Shown: one piece after another, positions 51,901-64,000 of the stretch
Layout: each line of letters starts with the position of its first letter
Numbering within the stretch: position 1 is the stretch's first letter
NCBI RefSeq assembly: GCF_009914755.1
Contig: NC_060947.1
Length of the DNA stretch: 64,000 nucleotides
Direction: 5' to 3' (one strand)
Origin: the human T2T-CHM13v2.0 reference genome, Homo sapiens
Translations under genes and position numbers: made by a program
The notes under the pieces: model-generated
The model's input: the letters and a program-made list of their open reading frames with translations, nothing else
What the model was told of the DNA's origin: nothing
The model's database searches: none

Positions 51901-52356
51901 TTTCATTTGACCTGTAAGTTTCCTGCTTATATAAACTAAGTAGGAATGCAGTAGGCTTCCTATCAATTTCACTTCTAGGAACACCATGATTAATTAGCCA
52001 ATACCAGAGCTCCACATGAGGCAGACTCTTCTGATTGCTGCTTTGCCTCTACTGTCCACTATAGTAGCTTCACCCACCTTGCCTTTGATGGTTGAGTGCC
52101 ACCACATGGTCCCTGCCACCTCAGGATCCAATTATTCCCATTGTATTTAAATATTGTAGTTCAGTTGCTGCGGTTCTCACTGTTAGATCGGACATACAGA
52201 GAAAAGCAATTACGGGGCTCTTCAAAGATGCAGGTGCTGCCCTTGTAAATCTATTTTGCAAAACATTGGTCAAGGGCATATCTTCTGGACCCTTCCAGCT
52301 GTGATTGGTACGTCTAGAATGACTAATTTGCACCACCATCACAATCTCCTCAAGCC
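48985..52356 (-). mobile_element. ERV-L (HERV-L/ERVL-B4) internal fragment: gag C-terminal part, partial protease, RT, RNase H, integrase; decayed, no LTRs
   Basis: RT SPFNSPIWP...WRMTVDY...LPQG...YIDD. Integrase HHCC (AHEQSGH...CPIC) and core PHHPEAAGLIERWNGLLK. Gag LWYWLINHGVPRSEID. Confidence 0.93.
50989..51450 (-). pseudogene. ERV-L reverse transcriptase reading-frame remnant (153 aa)
   Basis: LPQG and YIDD motifs are present. A stop follows soon after YIDD, and the first catalytic Asp is altered (AAINSADAFF). Confidence 0.9.
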
Positions 52357-52670
52357 ACTATCCTCCTCAAACTAACACAGGAACATAAAACCAAAAATCA
52401 AATACCAGAGAACCAGATAAGAGGTTCTCACTTATAAGTGGGAGCTAAATGATGAGAAAACATGAACACATCGAGGGGAACAACACACACTGGGACCTAC
52501 TTGAGGGAGGTTAGGAGGAGGTAGAGTATCAGGAAAAATGACTAATGGATACTAGGCTTAATACCTGGGTGATGAAATAATCTACAAAACAAACCCTCAT
52601 GACACATGTTTACCATGTAACAACCCTGTACATGTACCCCTGAACTTAGAATAAACATTTTTTTAAAAAA
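52352..52670 (+). mobile_element. 5'-truncated L1PA13/14-type 3' fragment
   Basis: caaactaacacaggaac...ttctcacttataagtgggagc...gtacccctgaactta. Confidence 0.85.
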
Positions 52671-52677
52671 TTGTGAT

Positions 52678-53075
52678 ACTGTCAGTTTATTGTAAATCTC
52701 ATTTATCAGGTGTAGAAAGTTTTTGTCTATCCTAATTTTATTACATATTCTTATCATAAAAGGGTGCTGATTTTTGCACGCATCTATTGGGATGATCATG
52801 GGGTTTTTACCCTTCAGTCTATTCATATGGTGTATTACACTGATTTATTTGTGTATGTTGAATCAACCTTGGAACCCTGGGATAAATAGCACTTTTTGAT
52901 GTAGTATAATAGTTTCTGTATGTTGCCAGATTTGGTTTGCTAGTTTGTTTGTTTTTTGAGGATTTTTGCATCTATATTCATAAGTAATATTAGTCTGTGG
53001 TTTTCTCTTCTTGTGATTTTTTTTTTCTGGTTTTGGTACCAGGGTGAAATTGGCCTTGTAGCATGACTTTGGACT
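52678..53075 (-). mobile_element. Old L1M ORF2 fragment
   Basis: Translates to NRLKGKNPMIIPIDA...QHPFMI (RT N-terminal part). Confidence 0.75.
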
Positions 53076-53442
53076 AGGAAATTTTATAAGGGGTAAATAC
53101 TTGTTTGTATTATTTAAAACTGCCACTGTGACTGAAGGAAATAATCCCTTTTTTTTTTTTTGCTGACATAGTATGTATGTATTCAATATATACAAAACTA
53201 ATAATGTACCATGAAATGTAGTACATATTACATTTGAATTTTTAAGAAGGAATTTTCATGTCAACTCAATTTGAGTAGCTATTAAACTGCCATTCAACAT
53301 AAGTAAATTAATAGTACTTCATGATATATAGCTAACATACATTCATGCAACTATGTTTATTGCATTAACCTTATTTATTCAAAATTTCCAGGACCAAGAT
53401 AAAGAGATAATTCTACTTGCTAGGCATAGGATGCATTATATC

Positions 53443-53680
53443 TTCTTTTTTTATTTCCAGTTTTTGAGTTCAGGGCTACAAGTGCAGGATGTGCAAGTTT
53501 GTTACATAGATAAAAGTGTGCCATGGTGGTTGGCTGCATAGATCATCTCATCACCTAGGTATTAAGCCCAGAATTCATTAGCTATTCTTTCTGATGTTCT
53601 CCCTCCTCCCACCCACCACCCTCCAACAGGCCCCAGTGTGTGTTGTTCCCCCTCCCATGTGTCCATGTGTTCTCATCGTT
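53443..53680 (-). mobile_element. L1PA11/12-type 3' end fragment
   Basis: T tail, then gtgcaggatgtgc...gatcatctcatcacctaggtattaagccc...tgtgttctcatc. Confidence 0.85.
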
Positions 53681-56600
53681 CCCAAGCACAGAGCTGTGCA
53701 GATTCTCAGTGGCCAACTGGCTGGAGACACCTAAGACTACCCAGGTCCAAGAAGGAAGGGTAGTCATCATTACTGTGGCTGCTTTCGGCCTAAGATGGCT
53801 GAGCTCCCTGAGGGAGGGAAGCTGTCTGCTGCCTAAGATGACTGAGCACCTGGGGAAAGGGGTGGCAGACATCACCGAAACTCCAGTCTGCCATTTTCTC
53901 CCTGCTGGTCCCAGGGAGACTGGACACTTTGAACCCGGGAGGAATTCCCTACAGTGCAGAACAGCAGCTGTGGCAGATCATGGCCAGACTGCCTTTTTAG
54001 GCCAGAGCCTGATCTATCCCTCCTTACTGAGCGAGGCTTCCCTGTTGAAATTTCAGCAACTCTAGCTAGGGGTTTAGGGGCAGGACTCTGATCTCCCTGG
54101 GACAAAGCCCCTGGGAAAAGGGGTGGCCATGGTCTCTGTGGGTCAGCAGACTAAGTCTTTCTCCCTGCTGGCTCTGAGGAATCCAGGCAGCCCAGATCAG
54201 TGGGATTCTCCCCAGTGTGGCACAACCCCTCTGCCAAGAGGCAGCCAGAGTGCTTTCTTAAGTGGATCCCAGATCATGTGCCTCCTGACTGGGTGAGACT
54301 TCCCTCAATGGAGTTGTCAGACACTTTATACAAGAGTACTCCTTCCAGCATGAGGTTGGTGCCCCTCTGAAACAGAGATCACATAAGAAGGAGTGGGCAC
54401 CCATCTTTCCTGTTCTGCAGCCTCCACTGGTGACACTTTCAGGTGTGGGAGGGACCAGGTGCATAGGGTCTGGAGTGGGCTGCCAGCAAACTGTAGCAAC
54501 CCTATGGAAAGGGGGCCTGACTGTTAAAAAAATAAATAAAATAAAATAAAATAACAGAGAGCAACAACAGCACCAACACAAAAGTCCCCACAAAAACCCC
54601 TTCCAAATGTCAATAGCTTCAAAGATTAAAGCTAGACAAACTCACAAAGATGGGAAAGAATCAACAACAACAACAAAAACAACAACAAAAACGCTGAAAA
54701 CTCAAAAATCCAGCATGCCTCTTCTTCCTTAAATGATTGCAACACCTCTCCAGTGAGGACACAGAAGTGAGCAGAGGCTTAGATGTATAAATTGACAGAA
54801 GTAGGATTCAGAAGGTGGGTAATTATAAACTTTGCTGAGGTAAAGCAGCATGCTCTAATGCAATGCAAAGAAGCTAAGAACCACGATAAAACATTACAGG
54901 AGCTGTTAACCAGAGTAATCATTTTAGAGAGAAACATAAATGACCTGATGGAGCTGAAAAACACAGCATGAGGACTTCACAGTGCAACCACAAGCAGCAA
55001 TAACTGAATAGACCAAGCAGAGGAAAGAATTTCAGAGCTTGAAGACTATTTTGCTGAAATAAGACAGGCAGACAGAGTAGACAAAAAAGAATGAAAACGA
55101 ACAAACAAAAACTTTGAGAACTATGGGATTATGTAAAAAGACCAAACCTATGACTGATTGGGGTACCTAAAAGAGGGAAAATGGAGCCAAGTCAGAAAAC
55201 TTAACTTCAGGATATTATCCAGGAGAACTTCCTCAACCAAACAAGACAGACCAACATTCAAATCCAGGAAATTCAGAGAAGTCCAGTAAGATACTCCGTG
55301 AGAAGATCAACCCTAAGATACATAACCACCAGATTCTCCAAGGTTGAAATTAAGGGAAAAAAATGTTAAGGGCAGCCAGAGAGAATGACCAGATCACCTA
55401 CAAAGGGAAACCCATCAGACTAACAGTAGACCTCTCAGCAGAAACTCTACAGGCCAGAAGAAATTGGTAGCCAATATTCAACATTCTTAAAGAAAAAAAT
55501 TTCCAACCCAGCTTTTCTTATCCAGCCACACTAAGCTTCATAAGTGAAGGAGAAATAAAATCCTTTTCAGACAAGCAAATGCTGAGGGAATTTCTCACCA
55601 CAAGGCCTGCCTTGCAAGAGCTCCTGAAAAAACCCACATGATTATCTTAATAGATGCAGAAAAGGCATTCCATAAAATTCAACACCCCTTCTTGTTAAAA
55701 ACTCTCAATAAACTAAGTATTGATGGAACAAACCTCAAAATGATGAGTTATTTATGACAATTCTGCAGTCAGTATCTTACTGAATGGACCAAAGCTTGAA
55801 GCATTTCCCTTGAAAACCAGCACAAGACAAGGATGCCCTCTCTCACCACTCCTATTCAAAGTGGTATTGAAAGTTTTGGCCAGGGCAACCAGGCAAGAGA
55901 AATAAATAAATGATATTCAAATAGGAGGAAAGAAAGTCAAACTGTCTCTGTTTGCAGATGACGTGATCTTCTATCTAGAGAACCTCATCATCTTAGCCCA
56001 AAAGATGCTTAAGCTAATAAGCAATTTCAGGAAAGTCTCAGGATACAAAATTAATGGGCAAAAATCACATGCATTCCTATACACCAACGATAGACAAGCA
56101 GAAGGCCAAATCATGAATAAACTCCCCTTCCCAATTGCTACAAAGAGAATAAAATACCTGGCAATGCAGCTAACAAGGGAAATGAAGGACTTCTTCAAGC
56201 AGAACTACAAACCACTACTGAAGGAAGTAAGAGAGGACACAAACAAATGGAAACACATTCCATGCTCATGGATAGGAAGGAATCAATATTATGAAAATGT
56301 CCATACTGACCAAAGTAATTTATAGATTCTCTGCTATTCCCATTAAACTACCATTGACATTCTTCACAGAAGTAGAGAATGCTACTTTAAAATTTATATG
56401 GAACCCCAAAAGAGCCCTTATAGCCAAGAAAATCCTAAGCAAAAAGAACAAAGCTGGCAGCATCACACTACCCAACTTCAAACTATACTACAAGACTACA
56501 GTAACTAAAACAGCATGGTGCTGGTACAAAAACAGACATAGACTAATGGAACAGAATAGAGATCTCAAAAATAAGACCACACATCTAAAACCATCTGATC

Positions 56601-57906
56601 TTTGACAAACCTGACAAAAACAAGCAATCGGGAAAGGAATCTCTATTTAATAAATGGTGCTGGAAAAACTGACTAGCCTTAAGCAGAAAATTGCAACTGG
56701 ACCCCTTCCTTACACCTTATACAAAAATTAATATGGATTAAAGAGTTAAATGTAAAATCCTAAACTATAAAAACCCTAGAAGAAAATATACACAATACTA
56801 TTCAGGACATAGACAAGGGCAATGCTTTCATGACAAAAACGTCAAAAGCAATTGAAACAAAGCAAAAATTGACAAATGGGATCTACTTAAACTAAAGAGC
56901 TTCGCACAGCAAAAGAAACTATCATCAGAGTGAACAGACATCCTACAGAATGGGAGAAAACTTCTCAGTCTATCCATCTAACAAAGGTCTAATATCCAGA
57001 ATCTACAGGGAACTTAAACAAATTTACAAGAAAAAAGCAAACAACCTCATTAAAAAGTAGGCAAAGGACATGAACAGACACTTCTCAAAAGAAGACTTTA
57101 ATGCAACCAACAAACATGAAAAAAAGCTCAACATCGCTGATCATTAAAGAAATGCAAATCAAAACCACAATGAGATACCATCTTATGCCAATCAGAATGG
57201 CAATTATTAAAAAGTAAAGTCACAACAGATGCTGGTGAGGCTGTGGAGAAATAGGGATGATTTTACATTATTGGCGGGAATGTAAATTAGTTCAACCATA
57301 GTGGAAGACAGTGTGGCAATTCCTCAAAGACCTAGAACCAGAGACATTATTTGACCCAGCAATCCCATTGCTGGGTATATGTTCAAAGGAATATAAATCA
57401 TTCTATTATGAAGATACATGCACTCATATGTTCATTGCAGCACTATTCACAATAGCAAAGACATGAAATCAATCCAAATGCCCATCAATGATCGACTGGA
57501 TTAATAAAATGTGGTACATATACACCATGGAATACTACACAGTCATAAAAAGGAATGTGATCATATCCTTTGCAGGGACATGGATGGAGCTGGAAGCCAT
57601 TGTCCTCTGCAAACTAACACAGGAACAGAAAATCAAACACTGCATGTTCTCACTTATAAGTGAGAGCTAACAATGAGAACATATGGAGACAGGGAGGAGA
57701 ACAACTCACCCTGTGGCCTGTCAGGGTGTTGACGGGAGAGAGGCATCAGGATAAATAGCTAATGCACGTGGAACTTAAAACATAGGTGATGGGGTGATAG
57801 GTGCAGCAAATCACCATGGCACAGGTTTACCTATGTAACAAACCTGCACGTCCTGTACATGTATCCCAGAGATTGAAATAAAATTTAATTATTTTTTTTA
57901 AAAAAA
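53681..57906 (+). mobile_element. L1PA8A-L1PA11-type LINE lacking about the first 340 bp, with an internal deletion near 55630
   Basis: 5'UTR homologous to about 28000-28944. ORF1 (LTEVGFRRWVIINFAEVK), ORF2 (FADD region, [17 protein letters not shown]), 3'UTR and A-rich tail. Confidence 0.93.
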
Positions 57907-58122
57907 GTATAACAAGGGAATATTATGAACAATTTCATGCCAATAAATTCAACAACTTAGATGAAATTGACAAATTGCTTTAAAGACGCACTGCAAAAGC
58001 TCACAGAAGAAATTATAGACAACTTGAATGGAGATTTATGTATTAAAATAATTAAATTTTAAATTTAAAAGCTTCGTGCAAAGAAAATGACGAGCTAATA
58101 ATTCTTTATTGGTGAATTCTGC

Positions 58123-58565
58123 TATATTAGTTTTCTATTGTTTCGATAACAAATTACCACAAACTTGGTGATTTAAACAATACACATTTATTATTTTACT
58201 AATCTGTAAGTCAGAAGTCTGACATGGACTAAAATCAATGTGTTGGCAGGGCTAGATTTATTTCTGGAGGCTCAAGATAATCAATTTTCTTGCCTTTTTC
58301 AGCTTCTAGAGGCTGCCTGTCTTCCTTGGCTTATGGCTCCCTTCCATCTTCAAAGCCAGCAATGGTCAGTTGAGTCTCACATCACATCACGCTCACACTG
58401 ATTTTTCCTATTTCTCCTTCCACTTCTATGGAATCTGTTGATTACATTAGAGTCATCTGGATAATCTAGAAAAAAATCTCCCAATATTAAGGTCGGCCAA
58501 ATAGCAACTTTACATATATCTGCAACATTAATGTATCTTTACCATGTAAATAAAAATAACATCAT
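58123..58565 (-). mobile_element. MLT1D-like LTR (truncated)
   Basis: tattagttttctattg...taacaaattaccacaaactt...ccatcttcaaagccagcaatgg. Confidence 0.8.
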
Positions 58566-60705
58566 TTTCTCTCATACTATTTCAAAAAGTCAAGGGAGAA
58601 TACTTTTCAACTAATCAAATGAGGCCAGCATTACCATGATAATAAAACCATAGAATTATGTTACAAAAAATTAAACTCATGAATATAAATGCAAAAATTG
58701 TAAATAAGATTTTAGCAAAGCAAATCAAATCCAACAAAATATAAGAACAATGCATAATAACCAAGTATGTTTTATATTAGAAATGCAAATTTGATTTAAC
58801 AGTAAAAAATAAATCAGTGTAATTCATCATATTAAACAAAAAAACCCACGTGATTGTCTCAATATATGCATAAAAGTATCTGAAAAAATCCAACAACCAT
58901 GTCTAGATGAAAACTCTCAACAAACTAGGAATAGAAAGAAACTTCCTTAATCTGATGAATGTCATCTATGAAAACCCTAAAGCTCATATCATACTTAATG
59001 GTGAAAGACTGAATGCCTTCATCCTGTGGTCAGGAAGAAGGCAAGGATGTCTGCTCTCATCAATTCTATTCAACATTGTACTGAAGTATCTAGCCAGTTC
59101 AATAAGGCAAGAAAAAGACACACAGATTGGAAAAGAAGTAAAACCATATTTCTTAGTAAATAACATAATCATTTCTGTAGAAAATGCAATGAATTCTACA
59201 AAAGTTTTAGAGCTAATACGTGAATGTATCAAAGTTATATGATACAAGATCAATATTCAAAATTTAATTACTTTTCTCTATATTAGGAATAACAATCATA
59301 ATTTGACATTGAAAACAATAATATTTAGATTAGTACCAAAAATGTGAAATAATTATGGGCAACTTTGACAAACCATCTTCAAGACCTGTACATTGTAAAC
59401 TACAGACTATTACTCAGAGAAATTAAAGAAGACCTTTATAAATAGAGAAATATGTATTTCTTGTGAGTCAGAGATCCAATACGGTTAAGATATCAATACT
59501 TCTAAAATTAATCTATAGATTAAGTGTCGTCAAAATCAAAATCTTAGCAGTCTTTTTCTGTACAAAATGTATGAACTAATTTTAAAATTCATATGGAAAT
59601 GTGAAAGTACCAGAAAAATAAAACTTTGAAAAAAAAGACCAAAGTTGGAGAAATAAAAATATCTGATTTTAAGGAGTATTAAAGAGATATAATAATCAAG
59701 ACAGTGTATTAGTATTGTCATAAAATTAGACAAATAGCTCATGGAACAGAAGAGAGTTTCCAGATAAACCCACACATAGAAAGTCTTTGGAATCTGACAA
59801 AGGTGAAAAGGCAATGTAGTGAGTTATGTACAATCTTTAAAAAAAAATGGTTCTCGAACAACATTTGGATCTCCATATTCAAAAATATTGAGCTTTGATT
59901 CACAACTGTGATTTATATTTAAAAATAAACTGAAATTTGAAGATAGATCTAGTTATAAAACTTAACACTCTAAGACTTCTTGAAAAATATGTAGCCTAAA
60001 ATCTTTGTGACCTAGGGTTAGGCTATGTTTTCTCAGATATAACACCAAAAGCGTATTCCATAAAATTCAAAATTTATACATTGGACTTCATCAATATTAA
60101 AAGCTTCTTCCCTTCTAAAGATACTGTAAAAAAAAGTTAAAAAAGACAAGTCATAAACTGGCAGAAATTCTTTACAAAGGGCCCATCTGATAAAGCCTTC
60201 TAGAATCCTTTATCATCTAGAATATGTAAATAATCTTCAGTACTCAATAATAAAATCTAAACTAACCAGTTCTTTAAAAATGAGCTAAATTTTAACAGAC
60301 ACCAGTAAAGAAGATATATGAATGGGAAATAATTCCATGAGAAGATGCTCAACACTATTCGTTATTAGGGTAATGCAAATTACAACCACAATAAGATATT
60401 ACTATATACCTACTAGAATGTCTAAGGTTAAAATGACTGAGCATACTAAGTATTAGCAAGGATGTAGAGAAATGGAAAGGCTTATCAACTGCTTAGTAGG
60501 AATTTAAACTGGGACGACCACTTTGAAAACAGTTTGTCTCTTAAAAAGTTCCGCAACTATTTACAATGTGACCTAGCCATTTCTTTGTGAGGCATTTATG
60601 TAAGATAAAGCATATGTCCATATAAAGACTTTTACACAAAAGTTCATAGGTGTTTCACTTGTAATACCCCCAAATTAGAATCAAACCAAATGGCTATGAA
60701 GAGAT

Positions 60706-61416
<711 letters not shown>

Positions 61417-62124
61417 GGGATGAACAAATAAATATATTTTGGTGCATTCATACAGTAGAATTCTATTCAGCAATATAAAGAAACGAACTGTTGGATGTAA
61501 CAACATGGGTAAATCAAAGCGTAATTATGTTGAGTGAGAGAAGCCAGATAAGAAAGTATCTGCTTTATGATTACATTTATATAAAACTTTAAAAATACAA
61601 ATACTCTCTCATGACAGAAAGCAAATAAGTAATTGCCTAGGGGCTGAAAGTAGAGGTGGGCAGGGGTGGGAGAGAGAGATTACAAAAGGGCTTATGGAAA
61701 TTTTGGGGGAGTGATGGTTATGTTCATTATGTGGATCAATCATAGGCGATGGTTTCAAAGATGTACAGATGTCAAATCTCATTAAATTTTACACTCTGTA
61801 TACGTGTAATTCATTATATATCAAATAAACCTCAATTTAAAAAGCAGAAATCAGTTTATTTGTAAAGTGCAATAGGCAGGCATCTGACAAATATTAATTT
61901 TTTTAAAAAAAATTGAGAATCAAGGGTTTTATTGTGTCATCATGATCTGAACTAATGCTTGTCAGAGAGGAACTCTAACTCAAGTTTTCTGACTCCACAT
62001 TCCGTTTTCTGTCCCCTAAATCTCCTGGTCTCAGGGCTACCTTCAATGACAGATAAATATAATTGTTTTAAATTGATAATAGCTTCATATCTACATGATA
62101 ATTTTAATAGTCTGTATCAATATT

Positions 62125-62878
62125 TCTTTTATTTTTTTTGGATAATTTCAACTATTAGATTCGGGGGTACATGTGCAGGTTTATTATATGGATATATTTC
62201 ATGATGCTGAGGTTTGGGATACAAATGATCCCATAACCCAGGTGTGGCTATAGTAAACAAGTTAGTTTTTCAACCCTTGGCTCCTTCCCTCCCTTCTCCC
62301 TCGAGTAGTCTCTGGTGTTTATTGTTTCTATCTTTATGTCCACGAATACCCAGTGTTTAACTCCTACTTATAAGTGAGAGAATGTGGTATTTGGTTTTCT
62401 GTTTCTGCATTGATTTACTTAGGATAATGTTCTTCAGCGGCACCCATGTTCTTTTTTATGGCTGTGTAGTATTCCATGGTGTGTATGTACCATATTTTAT
62501 TTATCCAATCCACCCTTGATGGGCACCTGGTTTCATTCCATGTCTTTGCTATTGTGAATAGTGCTGCAATGAACATATGCATGCGTTTGTCTTGGTGATG
62601 GAAGATTTTATATTCCTTTGGGTATTTACTCAGTGATGGGATTGCTGGGTTGAGTGGTAGTTCTGTTTATAGCTCTTTGTGGAATTGTCATACTGTTATC
62701 CACAATGGTTGAACTAATTTACACTCCCACCAATAATGTACAAGTGTTCCTTTTTCTCTGCAACCTTGCCAATATCTATTATTTTTTGACTTTTAATAAT
62801 AGCCATTCAGACTTGTGTGAGATGATATTTCCTTATGGTTTTGATTTGCATTTCTCTGGTAATTAGTGATGTTGAGCA
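62125..62878 (-). mobile_element. L1PA16-type 3' fragment
   Basis: gggggtacatgtgcaggttt...tgatgctgaggtttggg...ttcaacccttg is the L1PA16-like 3'UTR. Confidence 0.85.
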
Positions 62879-63161
62879 GAATATAGCACATTTTTTAAAG
62901 AAACAATTTAAATGGTTTTGTGATGTTCTACTGAGTCATTTTAACTGACTGGAATTTTCCTCAAATATTTTTTAATAAGGCAGATATAAAAATAAGTGAA
63001 CAAATAAACATAAGCATTAAAGATTTCAATGTTAAAACTGAAATTAAACTTCAAATAAGCTATCAATTCAGGGAAGTGATTCCTTAGGGGTTTTGCTGTT
63101 TCCCATTGAAGTAAGTAGTTGTTTGGCTAAATTAATCAGTTGGCTTGGTACCATACGGACC

Positions 63162-63326
63162 ATCCTTTCTCACAGTATGGTCTACAGACCAGCACTGTGG
63201 ACATCATTGTGTGATTGTTAGAAATGCAGTACCTTAGGCCCCACCCAATATCTATGGTATCAAAATCTCTATTTTGATAAGGTCCCACAGTGATTCATAT
63301 GCACTTTAAAGTTTGAGAAGCCTAGG
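63162..63326. mobile_element. MER5B-like MITE
   Basis: ttgttagaaatgcag...ggccccacc...gtgattcatatgcactttaaagtttgagaagc. Confidence 0.75.
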
Positions 63327-63559
63327 TATAGATCTCATTTTAAGAAACCTTGCCCAGTGGTAATAAGAAGGGGCTGCTTGTACACGTTACAGCTTCCTCA
63401 TTATATTTTCCCTAACAAGTGATCTGATTTCTGAAGGAGGTGGAACATAGCAGATCTTCATAAAGTAAAGTAGCTTCCCTCATACTGTTTATTTGTAGGT
63501 CAACCACTGCCTCGTTTGTGATATTTCAACAGCACTGGGATGCTCCCCTGGATTTACGA

Positions 63560-63775
63560 AAGGTAATTTTTTTCATTTATTGTCATTTCTCTCATTGCAC
63601 CCTGTCCTTATATATTATAGCACTTAATTGGTTTATAATGGTATGTTTATTTAGCTGCTTCCTTATTTCATGCATGCCTTCTCTACACTTTAAAGCCCAT
63701 AAAAGCAGAAATAATTTCCACTTTGCTGTTCAATTCCTAGCACACAAATAAGTGCACAATAAGTATTTGTTGACT
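63560..63775 (+). mobile_element. L2 3' end
   Basis: ctacactttaaagcccat...cctagcac...gtgcacaataagtatttgttga. Confidence 0.6.
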
Positions 63776-63779
63776 TTCT

Positions 63780-64000
63780 TTGTTTTAAATTATTCATTGA
63801 TATATAAACTACATACAGAAAAATTCACAAATCATGAATGTACAACTCCATGAATTATTACAGCGTGATCACATATATGTAAACGTGCTCAGGTCGAGAT
63901 ATAGAATATTGCTGGCACCTCGGAAGCCTCTTATATCCCCTCCTGATTACGTCTCCTCTTTCATCCCCCCACAAAAATATTTGCATGACTTGTGTTTCTT
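63780..64000 (-). mobile_element. L1ME-type 3' end
   Basis: acatacagaaaaattcacaaatcatgaatgtacaactccatgaatt...caggtcgagatatagaatatt. Confidence 0.7.

Overview
Primate, very probably human, non-coding and repeat-dense genomic DNA. AluY, AluSc, L1PA2 and THE1 elements indicate a simian/hominoid origin. I found no host protein-coding exon, RNA gene or CRISPR. Nearly all ORFs in the track are fragments of decayed L1 ORF1/ORF2, MaLR internal sequence, ERV-L gag/pol, Alu or low-complexity DNA. Main contents: three full-length MaLR proviruses (4706-6984, 42259-44592, 46428-48830), a full-length L1PREC2/L1PA14-15-type LINE with TSD (9377-16999), an L1PA8A-11-type LINE nested in an L1MA2-type LINE (23870-34478), an LTR-less ERV-L gag-pol fragment (about 48985-52356), further L1 pieces, solo LTRs, two Alus, and MIR, L2, L3 and DNA-transposon relics. 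The most notable observations are a young 5'-inverted L1PA2 with a 3' transduction, a TSD-flanked L1 5'UTR-only insert, a convergent THE1 pair with DUX4-type motifs, a perfect 19-bp hairpin inside an old LTR, and a few candidate non-coding exons. I did not find a convincing previously undescribed biological system. Subfamily names come from recalled consensus sequences and need RepeatMasker/Dfam confirmation.
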